IMG/VR virus record: IMGVR_UViG_3300037455_000462
Location: 41,908 to 105,907 of that record
Reading direction: 5' to 3' (one strand)
Source: a virus
Taxonomy: Duplodnaviria; Caudoviricetes
Length of the DNA: 64,000 bases
The translations under genes were made by a program, and so were the position numbers. Positions 38,034-48,989 of the stretch are shown piece by piece; within the stretch, counting starts at the first letter, position 1, and each line of letters begins with the position of its first letter. The notes beneath the pieces are model-generated. The model had not been told where the DNA came from, did no database searches, and was given only the letters and a program-made list of their open reading frames with translations.

Positions 38034-40175
38034 TTATCTTAAAATATCATAAACGAAAGCATCGCCCGTGAGCGTTTGGTTGACGCAGACAACCTCTATG
38101 ATTGGTCTGTCGTTTATCTCCGATGCGGGTATGACAACACCGCATCCGTATGCACCGTTGTCGCCTTTGTTCAAGGCATCGGTCTTAATCACTATGTTAT
38201 GCCCGTGCAACTCGTTCACCGTCATATTGTCGAACACAATGCGGACAGTCTGCCCGTTGCACCAAGAAACGAATGTGTCGTCAATGTAGAACACTATGTC
38301 GTATGCGGCGGGGGTGTTCTGCACAACGTACATCCTCACCATATTGGTAGCCTCCATAAGTCTGAACCTAACGTTGTTGTTCTCTCTGTCCTGCTCGTTC
38401 AGACTCATATAATGCTCCGACTGCGAATCGATGACACCCGAATCGCACACAACAGTCGGCAGGTTGTAGCCGTTGTTCTTTGTCTTGATGGTTATCTCAT
38501 TCGGAACGCTGCTGTCGATGTCAACGCCGTAGCCCTTGTGAATGATGTCGGTGTTGTATTGAAGTCTGTCGGTAAGCCTGCCCCTAACGATTGAATTGAT
38601 GTCATCACTGTTCTTGGCAATCAAGTCGATGAGCGTGTTTCTGTCGGCAAACGCGAGGTTGGCATTCTCAACGCTCCTTTCGAGGTCAAGAACCTTGGCG
38701 ACAATGGAATTGTAGTTCGTCATAAACAGAAGCACGTTCTCCAAGTCGGTCAGCCTCTCGTTCATAGAATTCACGCTGTGGTTCATTCTCATAAACATAT
38801 CCGCTGATTGCAGCATACGGGTCATAGCATCGCTGAACAGACTCATTGAGAATGTGTTGTACTCGTTCACCAATGTGGTGATGCCCTGCTTGTTCGGCTC
38901 GATGTCGATACGCAGGTTCAGTTTGAAACCGTAACTGTTTCCGTTCTGAACACCGTTCAGCGGTTTGTATTTCGGGTATCTTTGAAAATAGTCCCAAATA
39001 GTAGTTGACTTCACATCGTCAAGGAACAGTATGCCGTAGAGGTTTGATGTTTTCTTGCCCGAACTTCTGTCAACAATGTTGTAATAGACAAGGACGGTGT
39101 TGAACTCGAAACTGTCGCTCAATGCAGACTTGTTGTAGTCGTCCATAGTAACCATAGCACCCTCGACTATCTCCTTGTACGAGTTAGCCTCAAAGTCTAT
39201 GCACATACCGTCAATGTCGGTCTTGTACAGAAATGCGTTTGCGTTATCGTGCGTCATCGGGGTCACATCGTCACCTTGGGATATGTTGTATGTGCCTTGA
39301 CCGTCATATAATGCGCCATAAGTCAAGCCTGCGTCATCCGTTGCATAATGCTCGTCAAATGACGGGTTCTCGTCCGTCTGACCGAGAATCCAAGCGTCAC
39401 TCGCATTGACATTGTAGGTATTATGGACAGAGCCTTCCTCGAAGTTGCCGTCAAACTCCTGCTTGAAAAGAACGTGGGGGGTGTTGCCCGCCTCGCTCGG
39501 TATATGCACATAGACCTCGGTGTAAGCCTCCTGCTCGATATCAACATTGTTCGTTATGTCAATCTGACCTATGTATTTCACAACAGACTTGTATCCACCG
39601 ATTATTCCCAATTCGGCGTTACTGTCAAATTGTATCGAATCACCGCCCTCGACAAACCTTTTCTCATTATGGTCTAATATGGACTGCGCTGTATAGTTGT
39701 CGCCATTCTCCCAATTGACAGCACCCATCTCCTTCAAGAAATGCCAAAAGACACGTTCCGCCACTGAACGGTCTGTGTCATTATCGTTGCCTTCCGATAT
39801 GAGAAGTTCCTCCATATTGAAAAGATAGTCCTGCATAAGTTCGGCGAACCTAACGGCGGACTTGGTTTGCACGCCTTGGCTACATCTTGTATTCATTCCA
39901 TCAAAACCAAGTAACTGCAAATAATTCTGATAATAGTTACTTAAAGATTGTGAACGGGCATAAGAACTGCTATCGCCTTGATAACCCGCATCGGGTGATG
40001 TGTTTCTATTGGGATTTATAATGTCGGGCAAATCCAAACACACGAAATGTGAGAACACGAAATCCTTGTCATTATTGGCAAGACACTTTGACAAATCCCT
40101 TGCGGCACTTGAGAATGTGTAGAACGTTGTTCCGTTTGGATTGAGTTTCTTTATGACGGGTGTAAATGCTGACAT
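38034..40175 (-). CDS. Putative virion structural protein
   Basis: 713 aa with coiled-coil segment; late promoter at 40235-40242. Confidence 0.6.
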   Translation of the reverse strand: MSAFTPVIKKLNPNGTTFYTFSSAARDLSKCLANNDKDFVFSHFVCLDLPDIINPNRNTSPDAGYQGDSSSYARSQSLSNYYQNYLQLLGFDGMNTRCSQGVQTKSAVRFAELMQDYLFNMEELLISEGNDNDTDRSVAERVFWHFLKEMGAVNWENGDNYTAQSILDHNEKRFVEGGDSIQFDSNAELGIIGGYKSVVKYIGQIDITNNVDIEQEAYTEVYVHIPSEAGNTPHVLFKQEFDGNFEEGSVHNTYNVNASDAWILGQTDENPSFDEHYATDDAGLTYGALYDGQGTYNISQGDDVTPMTHDNANAFLYKTDIDGMCIDFEANSYKEIVEGAMVTMDDYNKSALSDSFEFNTVLVYYNIVDRSSGKKTSNLYGILFLDDVKSTTIWDYFQRYPKYKPLNGVQNGNSYGFKLNLRIDIEPNKQGITTLVNEYNTFSMSLFSDAMTRMLQSADMFMRMNHSVNSMNERLTDLENVLLFMTNYNSIVAKVLDLERSVENANLAFADRNTLIDLIAKNSDDINSIVRGRLTDRLQYNTDIIHKGYGVDIDSSVPNEITIKTKNNGYNLPTVVCDSGVIDSQSEHYMSLNEQDRENNNVRFRLMEATNMVRMYVVQNTPAAYDIVFYIDDTFVSWCNGQTVRIVFDNMTVNELHGHNIVIKTDALNKGDNGAYGCGVVIPASEINDRPIIEVVCVNQTLTGDAFVYDILR

Positions 40176-40479
40176 AGTGTTTTATTTTTATCGTTGTAAA
40201 ATTTATATCCGTAAAAAATACAAATCGTTGTTATTATTTATATCTTATCCGTTTTTCGGACAAACAAAACCAAAATCGCGGAAAAACCAAAAAATCAAAA
40301 AAATCGCGCCCGCTTCAGCACTTTAAAAACGCGCACACTTTACCTATAATTACAGATTTGGTAAAAACCTTATAAATGATTATATACCAAGCATATATCA
40401 TTTGAATAAAAAAATTTTGCCATACATAACCAAATATTATGGTTTTTTATTATATTATGATACCCCGAAACACATCGGT

Positions 40480-40547
40480 TGTTGATAACTTTGTTGATAA
40501 CTTTTTCAGAAAAACGTGTCGGGTGTATAAAATATTTTGTATTTTTG
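40480..40547 (+). promoter_or_regulatory. Bacteroidota-type promoter (TATTTTTG) with tandem upstream DnaA-box-like 9-mers
   Basis: TGTTGATAA at 40480 and 40492; -7 element at 40540-40547. Confidence 0.65.
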
Positions 40548-40589
40548 CAGCGTGATTGAATGAAAAAATAACCATTAAAAATAGCGATT

Positions 40590-41348
40590 ATGAAGAGCAA
40601 CAACAAGCACATTGTATTCTTTGACCTTGAAACAACGGGTCTTGACAAGGAAAAGGACAGAATCGTCCAAATCGGTATGCGCAAGATGGACTACGAGGGC
40701 AACGCGATTTCGACATTCGATATGAAGTTCAACCCCTGCGGGGTGCAGTCAACGCCAGAGGCTTTGGAAAAGCACGGGCTGACCGATGAGTTTCTCAAGA
40801 CGCAGCCTACATTCGCCGAATACGCCGACCATATCATCCGCTATTTGGACGGCTGCGACCTCGGCGGTCACAACTGCATCAAGTTCGACATCCCGTTCCT
40901 TATGATGGAGTTCGAGCGTTGCGGCAAGTTGTTCACCATCGAGAAGCGCAGAATCATCGACACCCGCCTGCTCTATATGCAGTTCAACGCGAAGGTTCTC
41001 GTTGATATGTATCGCGAGTATTGCGGCGAGCCTGCCTGCAATCCGCACGATGCTATGTGCGACACGCTTATGTGCTGCGGTCTGTACGAAGCCCTTGTGG
41101 AGAAACACGGAATCTCGATGGATGACGTTGACGACATCTGCGGCAACAACACCCGTATAGACATTGACGGTTTCTTCGTCTTGAACGATGACGGCAAAGT
41201 CTGTCTCGGCAAAGGCAAATACAAGGGTATGCCCATCGAGAAGGCTGACCCTTCATATTTCGAGTGGATGTTCAACAACAAGGGCATACCCGAAGAAACG
41301 AGGAATCTCGCGGCACGATGCCACAAATACATAATGCGCCGCAAATAG
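40590..41348 (+). CDS. DnaQ-like 3'-5' exonuclease
   Basis: FDLETTG, GHNCIKFD, HDAMCD. Confidence 0.92.
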   Translation: MKSNNKHIVFFDLETTGLDKEKDRIVQIGMRKMDYEGNAISTFDMKFNPCGVQSTPEALEKHGLTDEFLKTQPTFAEYADHIIRYLDGCDLGGHNCIKFDIPFLMMEFERCGKLFTIEKRRIIDTRLLYMQFNAKVLVDMYREYCGEPACNPHDAMCDTLMCCGLYEALVEKHGISMDDVDDICGNNTRIDIDGFFVLNDDGKVCLGKGKYKGMPIEKADPSYFEWMFNNKGIPEETRNLAARCHKYIMRRK

Positions 41349-41463
41349 CGGTGGGCGTTTTTGTTCTTTTTCATATTGATAGGGCGGATGCAGAAGCACC
41401 CGCCCTTTTTATATATCGCGCATATATGAAGAAACCGCACTGCCTCGCAATGCGGTATCCTTG

Positions 41464-42579
41464 TTATGAGTTTGTCGTCAGTATCACATAGTGGTCGATG
41501 TACTTCATTGTTGTCTTGACAACTTTGTCGTAGGTCAGCCGTTCAAGTGAAGGCGGCATTTTCATACCGCTGATGTTGGTGAACCTCATCGGGTTCTCGT
41601 ACAGAACGGCATCGTTCATTTCGCGTCTGATTTGCAGGCTTGACATAACGGTTTCGTAGCGTTCCTTTGTGAGAAGGTTTTTCGCGTCCGCTATGAGTTC
41701 CTCCATACGTCCTTTGAGTTTGTTTGTGTTCACAGAATCCGTGCAGGCTGTGATATAGACCACGCCGCTGTCGTGTTTTGCCATAACGCCGCCGCATACA
41801 TAGTAGGTCAGACCGAGTTTCTCGCGGAGTTCGACATAGAATGGGGATTCGAGACCGTTTGTCAGCATATCTATGCCTACTTGCAGGAACGGGTAGTCGG
41901 ATTTGTTCACCCTTTTCTTCGAGAACAAGAACACGGGTGTTTTGTCATCGGACGCGATTTCAACGGGTTCTATTCCGCTGCGCTTTCCGAATTTGTATGG
42001 GGCTTCGTCTTTGTCGATGCTGCGGTATTCCGCTTTGTCAAAGAACTCCGTTCTCTTTCTGCCGACTTCGACCACGCGGGCTGCTTTGGTGAAGCGTTCA
42101 GCGTAAACGCGATTCATATCCTCGTATGTGAAGTTCTCAATATCGGATTTCTTTCCGATTGTCATATATTCACCCCACCATTTGCGCATAACTTGCAGCC
42201 AACTTGCTCTGTCGGAGTCGAATATGTTGTCCATATATTCTTGCAGGACTACGTTGCGCTCGTTGATGAAATCTTCATCGGTCACACAATCCAAACCGCC
42301 CGTCAGACGCTTGTAGAGTTCGGTTTTCAGTTCGTTTGTAAGATATTTGTCGAGACCCGTGAAATACACGACAACGCTTTCTGTCGATGTGTATGCGTTC
42401 CAATTGATACCGAGTTTCGACAGTTTGTCGTACATATCCTTGAACGTCTTGCAGATTAAGTGTTCCATAAGGTGCATTGTTCCCTGCTGACCTTCTTTTT
42501 CGATTCTTGAGCCTGCATCAAAAACAATATGCAGGGTAGTCATTTTCAGACTTTTCTTTTTGAAAATGTAGTTTTTCAT
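41464..42579 (-). CDS. M16 family zinc peptidase
   Basis: HLMEH, NAYTS, ELREKLGLTY. Confidence 0.9.
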   Translation of the reverse strand: MKNYIFKKKSLKMTTLHIVFDAGSRIEKEGQQGTMHLMEHLICKTFKDMYDKLSKLGINWNAYTSTESVVVYFTGLDKYLTNELKTELYKRLTGGLDCVTDEDFINERNVVLQEYMDNIFDSDRASWLQVMRKWWGEYMTIGKKSDIENFTYEDMNRVYAERFTKAARVVEVGRKRTEFFDKAEYRSIDKDEAPYKFGKRSGIEPVEIASDDKTPVFLFSKKRVNKSDYPFLQVGIDMLTNGLESPFYVELREKLGLTYYVCGGVMAKHDSGVVYITACTDSVNTNKLKGRMEELIADAKNLLTKERYETVMSSLQIRREMNDAVLYENPMRFTNISGMKMPPSLERLTYDKVVKTTMKYIDHYVILTTNS

Positions 42580-42620
42580 CTATGAATGGATTTAAGTGGT
42601 TTGTAATATATGTATAACTC

Positions 42621-43364
42621 TTATCTTTTCAGCGACATATTGAGCGGGGGCTTTATTTCGCCCATAACCGTTTTCGGCAGGTTCGCCGATTCATCTGAAG
42701 GCAGGCTGACGCAGCCTTCCATATTGAGGTCGCCTCCCACGTATTTTGGTGCGCCTTTCAGCGAAACGAGGTTTTCGCAGTCGAACAAGTCGAAGTCGCC
42801 CCCTATTCGTGACGGTGCGCCATCGATTGTTTTCAGATTATGGCAATGCGCACATTCCAAATATCCGTGGATTATCTTCGGTGCGCCCTTCAGTGACGTT
42901 ATGCCGCTTGAACTGACAATGAGGTTGCCGACCTCATTCGGCATACCTTCAAGCGATGTCAATTTCGTGCATCCGTAGCAGTTGAACAGACCGTCAACGA
43001 ATTTCGGAGCGTGTTCGAGTGATTCAAGGCTTGTGCAGTCGTGGCATTCGAAAGACAACGCGGATATGGGCGCACCTTCGAGGGTTTTCAGTTTCGTGCA
43101 GTAATTGCAGTCGAATTTGCCTTCTATCGTCCCGAATTTGAGCGGCAGTTTTCCATCGACCAAATCATCGTTCCTTACAGTCACCCTCTGTTTTGAATCG
43201 TAGCGTCTCGTTCCGATGTTGTATTTCAGATTGTAAATACGGATGAACTTTTTCGTTTTTTCATCGTGTTCTGGCTCATTGCCCATCTCGTCCAATGTCT
43301 TTTTCGATATGGGCTTTATGTCGAGTTTCTCGTTTACGAATTCAGAACTGTTCAGTATTTCCAT
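42621..43364 (-). CDS. Leucine-rich-repeat-like protein with capsid-targeting-like leader
   Basis: Repeats C..L.SLEGAP..V.G.F; N-terminus EFVNE-KLDIKPISK. Confidence 0.75.
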   Translation of the reverse strand: MEILNSSEFVNEKLDIKPISKKTLDEMGNEPEHDEKTKKFIRIYNLKYNIGTRRYDSKQRVTVRNDDLVDGKLPLKFGTIEGKFDCNYCTKLKTLEGAPISALSFECHDCTSLESLEHAPKFVDGLFNCYGCTKLTSLEGMPNEVGNLIVSSSGITSLKGAPKIIHGYLECAHCHNLKTIDGAPSRIGGDFDLFDCENLVSLKGAPKYVGGDLNMEGCVSLPSDESANLPKTVMGEIKPPLNMSLKR

Positions 43365-43379
43365 AATTCAGTGTTTTTG

Positions 43380-43413
43380 TATTTATATGTATGTTGTTTC
43401 GCCCATATAAATA
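43380..43413. promoter_or_regulatory. Divergent pair of late promoters
   Basis: TATAAATA on minus at 43380-43387 and on plus at 43406-43413. Confidence 0.7.
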
Positions 43414-43437
43414 TAAAGATATATTGTTCATAAAGAT

Positions 43438-46400
43438 ATGGGAGGAAAACCCGCTACTATTTCAGATTTGTTCACGCCGATGCAAGCCATACAGACTTGT
43501 ATGGAAAGTAATCATAAGGAGATTTCGAGCAGCATAGCGACTCTCAACGAGTCGGTTCTTGGGTGTTCGAAGTCTATGGGCAGTGTTTCCAAATCGTTCA
43601 AGCGGACGGTTGAGAATGCAAAAACACAGACCGTTTCTTCAATAAAGGAACTGAACAAGTCCGTGAAAAATGCAATAAAGGACGCGACCAACGCAATCGC
43701 CAAGTCTTTGAGTGATGGTATGAGCGGTGTCGCCGCCGCAAGCGCGGCTGCTGCATCTGCTTCGGCTGCGCCTATGGGCGCGATAGGGGAGGCTATGCAG
43801 CAAAACGCCATCGTTATGAACAATATGCTGAAAGAAGTCACCGCGATAGGCAAGAGTGTCAGCCAACTCAAAAAGTCGGTCAAGAAAAACGCAAATAGCG
43901 ACAAGAAGAATGTGGGCGACAAACTGAAAGAAGGTGCTGCGCCGAAAAAGGAGGCTGCACCGCAGAAAAGCGGCAAGTTCCAAGGTCTGAAAGACTTGGG
44001 CGAGGCTGCTTCCCTTTTCAGCGAACTGTCTATGAAAGACGCTGTGCTGATGAAAACAAAGGTTCAGAAAGTCCTTGCAGCCGCAAAGGAAATGGAGGAT
44101 TTCGGAAAGGACTTCGATGCCAAGAACGCGGAGGAACTCGCAAAGGTTCTCGCGACACTTGGAAAGTCAGCCGCTTCTTTCACGGGCTATCTCGCATCCG
44201 TTGCCCTTATCGCCCCGCTTGCTTTGGTGACTGCCAAGTTGCTCAATCCGACAATCAGTTCCGTTGTCGAGGCGGTAGAGCCTATCGCTGACGAGGACGT
44301 GAACAAGTATGACGGTGCTGCTATAACGCTCGAATCCCTCGCCAAGGGAACAGTCAAGTTCGTGGCATACCTCGGTTTGGGAGCGGTGTTCGCTCCGTTT
44401 GCCTTGGCTACGGCTCTGCTTATGAACCCGACCATCAAACTGATGGTGAAAGCACTCGACCCGATTGCGGACACGGAGGCTAACAAGTATGACGGCGCAG
44501 CCGTTACGCTTGAGGCAATGGCTTCGGGTTCTCTGAAATTCCTCGCTTCTATGGCGTTGAGCGTTGTTCTCGCCCCCGTTGCTATGGTCGGCGCGGGACT
44601 GTTCGCCCTGCTGCTTCTTGAAACAAGGGCGGTGTTCGGCATAATGGCGAAAAAGGAAACCACACGCGATATGCGCAGGGCTTCCAACAACCTTGACAAA
44701 ATGAGCGGCGCAGCCTTGATGTTCGAGGCTTCTATGGCGTTAAGCACCATACTCGCTCCCGTTGCTATGGTCGGTGTCGCTTTGTCAACGCTCGTTATTG
44801 GCGGAAGCGCGACACTGTTCAACGCTATAGGGGACGCTAAAATCAGCAGGAATATCAGACGTGGTGCTATAACGCTTGAATGGATGAGCATCGGAATTCT
44901 CGGATATACATTGTCGCTGCTCGCAACGACTATGATACTTCGCTACCTCATCACGGGCGGAGGCGAGAAAGTCGATTGGATGAACATAGTGGCGGTCGCT
45001 TCGGCATTGCCCGTGTTCGGTCTTATGGTAGGTTCTGCTTTCGTTTTCAACGAGATAGGTATGGCATCGACTTCTATAGCGAAGGGCAGTCTTGCCGTTA
45101 TGCTTATGGGCGCGTCAACGGTTCTTTTCACATTGAGCCTGCTCGTCACCTATATGATAACCAAATCGATGGTCGGCGACATATTCAAGGACGGCAAGTT
45201 CGACATAAAGAACGTGGTCGCCCTCGCGAGCATACTGCCCGTGTTCGGTCTTATGCTCGGTGCTAACGCAGTGTTCAGCAGGATAGGAAACGAAAAATCA
45301 GTCAAGGACACGCTTATGGGTGGACTGTCCGTAATCGTTATGTCTGTTTCCCTCATATCGTTTGCGGGTGCTATGTGGGTGACACACCAAATCACAAAGA
45401 ACATCATAAGCAAGGGCGACAAGACCGACTTGTGGGCTATCGTGGCTGACGTGGCGGTGTTTGCCCTTATGCTCGGAGGCAACTATGTGTTCCGCAGGCT
45501 TGGCAAGGAAAAGTCTGTGAAGGAAACAGTGGCGGGCGGTGTGTCCGTTGTCGCTATGAGCGTTGGTCTTGTGACGTTTGCGGGTGCTATGTGGGTCACT
45601 CATCAGATGACAAAGAACATTATCAGCAACGCCAACGGAAGCGACATAGGTGCTTTGGTTGCCGATGTCGCCGTGTTCGCGCTTATGCTTGGTGGCAATT
45701 ATATATTCAGAAGACTTGGCAAGGAAAAGACCGTCAAGGAATCATTGATGGGATTGGCAAGCATAGCCGCTATGAGCGTTGGTATCATAGCGTTCAGCGG
45801 TGCTATGTGGGTGGCTCACAAGATTGCTAAACAGATTGTCGGTGACGCTGACGCAAAAAGCATAGTCACCACGCTCGGCATATTCGCATTGATGACGGGT
45901 TCTGTATTCTTGTTCAAATTCGCGGGCAAGAACTTCAAGGACATCGCGAAAGGTACGGGCAGTATGGTTCTTATGGCTGTCGGCATAGGCGCATTCGGTT
46001 ACGGATTGAGTTTCTTCACCGATGCGGTCAAGGACACTAAATGGTGGCAGTTGCTCGCTATGCCCGCACTTGTTCTCGCATTCGGCGTTGAGTTCGCCGC
46101 ACTCGGATACTTGGTCGAGTTCATTGCCCTCGGTGCTGTTTCGGTTGCCGCTATGGGCGCAGCCCTCGTTCCGTTTGGTTGGGGTGTCGGCAAATACGCT
46201 GGCTATCTGAAAGAGGCGGGTCTTGATTGGAAAACGGTCGGTCAGATGGCGGGATTGATTATGATGTTCGGCGTGGAGATGTCCTTATTGGGGCCGCTCT
46301 CCCCGCTGATACTTATGGCTGATGCCGCTATGGGTGTTATGGGTGCTACACTCGTTGCATTCGGATTCGGTGTGAACAGTTACGCAACTTCCGTCAAGGA

Positions 46401-48987
46401 TAGCGGCATTGATTGGAAAACTGTCGGCAAGATGGCAGGACTGATTATGCTGTTCGGTGCTGAATTCGCGGCGATAGGTCCAGTATCACCACTGATACTT
46501 ATGGCTGACGCTGCAATAGGCGTTATGGGCGGCTCGCTCTATTCAATAGGTTTGGGCATAGGCAGGTTCGCAGGAGAAATCAACAAATCCCGTGTAGGTG
46601 TCAAGACCATATTGAAGATGGCGGGCATAATCGGAACGTTTGCAACGGAATTCTCCGCATTGGCTTTGGTATCCCCGTTTGTTATGGCGGGTTCTGCCGC
46701 AGGCATCTCTATGGGTGCTGCGCTGAATAGCATAGGAAAAGGTTTGCAGGAGTTCGCCGCAGCCAAACTCCAACCGAATAGCGTTGAAACGTTCTCGAAA
46801 ATGATGATAACGCTCCGCGACACTTTCGCTGTTATGGCGGGAAGCGGCGAGGCAGGAGGCAAGGGAGGCATACTTGGTACGCTCATCAAGGGAACTATCG
46901 CGGCGTTCAGTCCGAGCGGTGTCGAAAAGGGTATCGCGGTTTCAAAGAAAATGGGTGACGCGCTCTACAGCATAGCAAAAGGACTGATGCAGTTCCAAAA
47001 CGGAATAGGCGACCAAATAACCGACAAGGAATTTATGCAGCAGTTCGCCGATTCCGTTTCGACAGCCGTGTCCTCAATATCGAGCGCGTTCAGAACCGTG
47101 GGTGAAAGTTGGGTCAGCATCAAGTCGCCCGAACCGAGAACCGTGTTCGGCAAACTGTTCCGCAGGCTTACGGCGGGTGTGTTCGATGTCAAGACGAAAA
47201 ATTCTGTCGAGGAAGGCATAAGGGCTACCCGCAATATGGGCGACAGTCTCGCAAGCATAGCGAAAGGTCTGAAGGAATACAAAGACCTCGTTCCGAATGA
47301 AAAGGACGCAGGATGGGTAGGCGCGGTCGCCAACAACATCGCCATAATGCTTGACGCATTGGTCGCCCCGCTTGCGAAGTTCGGTACTGTCGAGGAATCA
47401 TTCGAGGTTGTCAAGTCACAATCTTCCAATATCTCGCAGGGCTTCGCCTCCATACAGAGTGCGGTTGACAGCACAGTAAACTACAACAGCAAGAAAGTTG
47501 ACATTGCCCGCGCTATGGAGAATGTCGGTCAAATCGGAACTTTGATTTCGGGTATGGCTGAAGGTGTCAAGACGTTCTCGCAACTCAACCCGAAGAAAGA
47601 CATCGGAACGGCATACGACATCAATGACGATTGGACTTTGACGGGCAACGGCGGAGGTATGATTGGAAACATACAGCAGATGCTCTGCGGATTCTTCCCC
47701 GCTTTCATACTTCTCGGAAAGAAACTTGAGGAAACGGGTACTTATGAGGAAATCATAGAACCCGCCGAATACGGTTTCTTGGGCAACACGAAGAAGGCGG
47801 CTAAAACCGAGAAGAAATCCTATGTCGGTATGGCGATAGATGCCGCCTCCAACATAGGCACTATAATCAGAGACCTCGCGGAGGGTATGAAAACCTTTAA
47901 CGAGTTGTACCCCGATTCTTCAAAACTGACTGTCGGCGTGGGCAATGTTATCAAGGCAATCTCAACCATATTCACGGCATTCGGTAACATAGGATATGTC
48001 ATCGAAAGCGGTAGCGGCGGTGTGCAACCCGTTCTGCCAAACGGCGCGGAAAACGGTTTTGACTTTGGTATGATTCACGCCAATGTGAGGAGACTTCGCT
48101 ATTCGGCAAACGGCGGCGATATGTCCGAAACATTCGAGAAAGTGAATTCGAATATAAGCAATATCATAAAAGGCTTGGGTGAGTCTATGAACACCATTAA
48201 GGGTCAGATGGGTACGGTGAGCGAAATCAGCAAGAATATGCGCGGATACATATTCTCCATAATGAATATGTCAACCGCAGCATTTGTGTTGAGCGACCAC
48301 GAGGCTGGTGATTCAGCCCTTATCTACGAAGGCAACAAGATAGAGGCATACGAATTGGGCGCATTTGACTTATTCATCGCAAAAAGCGCGGACGAGAACG
48401 CTGCGCAGATGAAGAAAGTCGTGAACAAGGTTGCCACTATGGGCGATACCATTATGAAGATTCCGAAAGACGCAGGCAAGAAGTTCACCGTGTTCACACA
48501 AGACCTCGTTAAGGGTATGAACCAACTTGCGGCTACACGCAACAACGTGACCGCCGCAACCAAGTTCATCGACAGTCTGACAAAGGCGAAAAACGAGCAG
48601 GTGTTTGAGAACATCGCGTCCAACACGGAACGAATCGCGCAGGCTTTGAACTCCATAAGTGTCAACACTATGCAACCATACGCTGAAATGATTGCGGGTA
48701 TGGGAGAAATGGCGAAGAACGCTTCTAATGCGAAGAAGATTATGGACGAGATACGCGACCTCATCGAGGATATGGTTGACAAAATCGGTGAACTCCGTAA
48801 CGGCGGAGGCGGCAGTTCTGACAACAACGGAAGCGGCAACAAACCGCAGACCGTCATTCCTCAACAGAAACCTCAACCTACACCTCCTCAACCTCAACAG
48901 AGAGTCAAGGCTGACGTTTCGTTTGACAAGAACACAATCGATGCGTTGAAGAAACTTACACAAGCAATAAACGACAAAATATTGTAA
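43438..48987 (+). CDS. Tape measure protein
   Basis: 1849 aa, Ala/Gly-rich, tandem hydrophobic helical repeats; late promoter. Confidence 0.75.
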   Translation: MGGKPATISDLFTPMQAIQTCMESNHKEISSSIATLNESVLGCSKSMGSVSKSFKRTVENAKTQTVSSIKELNKSVKNAIKDATNAIAKSLSDGMSGVAAASAAAASASAAPMGAIGEAMQQNAIVMNNMLKEVTAIGKSVSQLKKSVKKNANSDKKNVGDKLKEGAAPKKEAAPQKSGKFQGLKDLGEAASLFSELSMKDAVLMKTKVQKVLAAAKEMEDFGKDFDAKNAEELAKVLATLGKSAASFTGYLASVALIAPLALVTAKLLNPTISSVVEAVEPIADEDVNKYDGAAITLESLAKGTVKFVAYLGLGAVFAPFALATALLMNPTIKLMVKALDPIADTEANKYDGAAVTLEAMASGSLKFLASMALSVVLAPVAMVGAGLFALLLLETRAVFGIMAKKETTRDMRRASNNLDKMSGAALMFEASMALSTILAPVAMVGVALSTLVIGGSATLFNAIGDAKISRNIRRGAITLEWMSIGILGYTLSLLATTMILRYLITGGGEKVDWMNIVAVASALPVFGLMVGSAFVFNEIGMASTSIAKGSLAVMLMGASTVLFTLSLLVTYMITKSMVGDIFKDGKFDIKNVVALASILPVFGLMLGANAVFSRIGNEKSVKDTLMGGLSVIVMSVSLISFAGAMWVTHQITKNIISKGDKTDLWAIVADVAVFALMLGGNYVFRRLGKEKSVKETVAGGVSVVAMSVGLVTFAGAMWVTHQMTKNIISNANGSDIGALVADVAVFALMLGGNYIFRRLGKEKTVKESLMGLASIAAMSVGIIAFSGAMWVAHKIAKQIVGDADAKSIVTTLGIFALMTGSVFLFKFAGKNFKDIAKGTGSMVLMAVGIGAFGYGLSFFTDAVKDTKWWQLLAMPALVLAFGVEFAALGYLVEFIALGAVSVAAMGAALVPFGWGVGKYAGYLKEAGLDWKTVGQMAGLIMMFGVEMSLLGPLSPLILMADAAMGVMGATLVAFGFGVNSYATSVKDSGIDWKTVGKMAGLIMLFGAEFAAIGPVSPLILMADAAIGVMGGSLYSIGLGIGRFAGEINKSRVGVKTILKMAGIIGTFATEFSALALVSPFVMAGSAAGISMGAALNSIGKGLQEFAAAKLQPNSVETFSKMMITLRDTFAVMAGSGEAGGKGGILGTLIKGTIAAFSPSGVEKGIAVSKKMGDALYSIAKGLMQFQNGIGDQITDKEFMQQFADSVSTAVSSISSAFRTVGESWVSIKSPEPRTVFGKLFRRLTAGVFDVKTKNSVEEGIRATRNMGDSLASIAKGLKEYKDLVPNEKDAGWVGAVANNIAIMLDALVAPLAKFGTVEESFEVVKSQSSNISQGFASIQSAVDSTVNYNSKKVDIARAMENVGQIGTLISGMAEGVKTFSQLNPKKDIGTAYDINDDWTLTGNGGGMIGNIQQMLCGFFPAFILLGKKLEETGTYEEIIEPAEYGFLGNTKKAAKTEKKSYVGMAIDAASNIGTIIRDLAEGMKTFNELYPDSSKLTVGVGNVIKAISTIFTAFGNIGYVIESGSGGVQPVLPNGAENGFDFGMIHANVRRLRYSANGGDMSETFEKVNSNISNIIKGLGESMNTIKGQMGTVSEISKNMRGYIFSIMNMSTAAFVLSDHEAGDSALIYEGNKIEAYELGAFDLFIAKSADENAAQMKKVVNKVATMGDTIMKIPKDAGKKFTVFTQDLVKGMNQLAATRNNVTAATKFIDSLTKAKNEQVFENIASNTERIAQALNSISVNTMQPYAEMIAGMGEMAKNASNAKKIMDEIRDLIEDMVDKIGELRNGGGGSSDNNGSGNKPQTVIPQQKPQPTPPQPQQRVKADVSFDKNTIDALKKLTQAINDKIL

Positions 48988-48989
48988 TA

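Noticed and set aside
40176-40589. Replication origin
   Set aside because: AT-rich with two DnaA-like boxes, but the same arrangement occurs at 35779 and divergent promoters explain the gap; not enough support.
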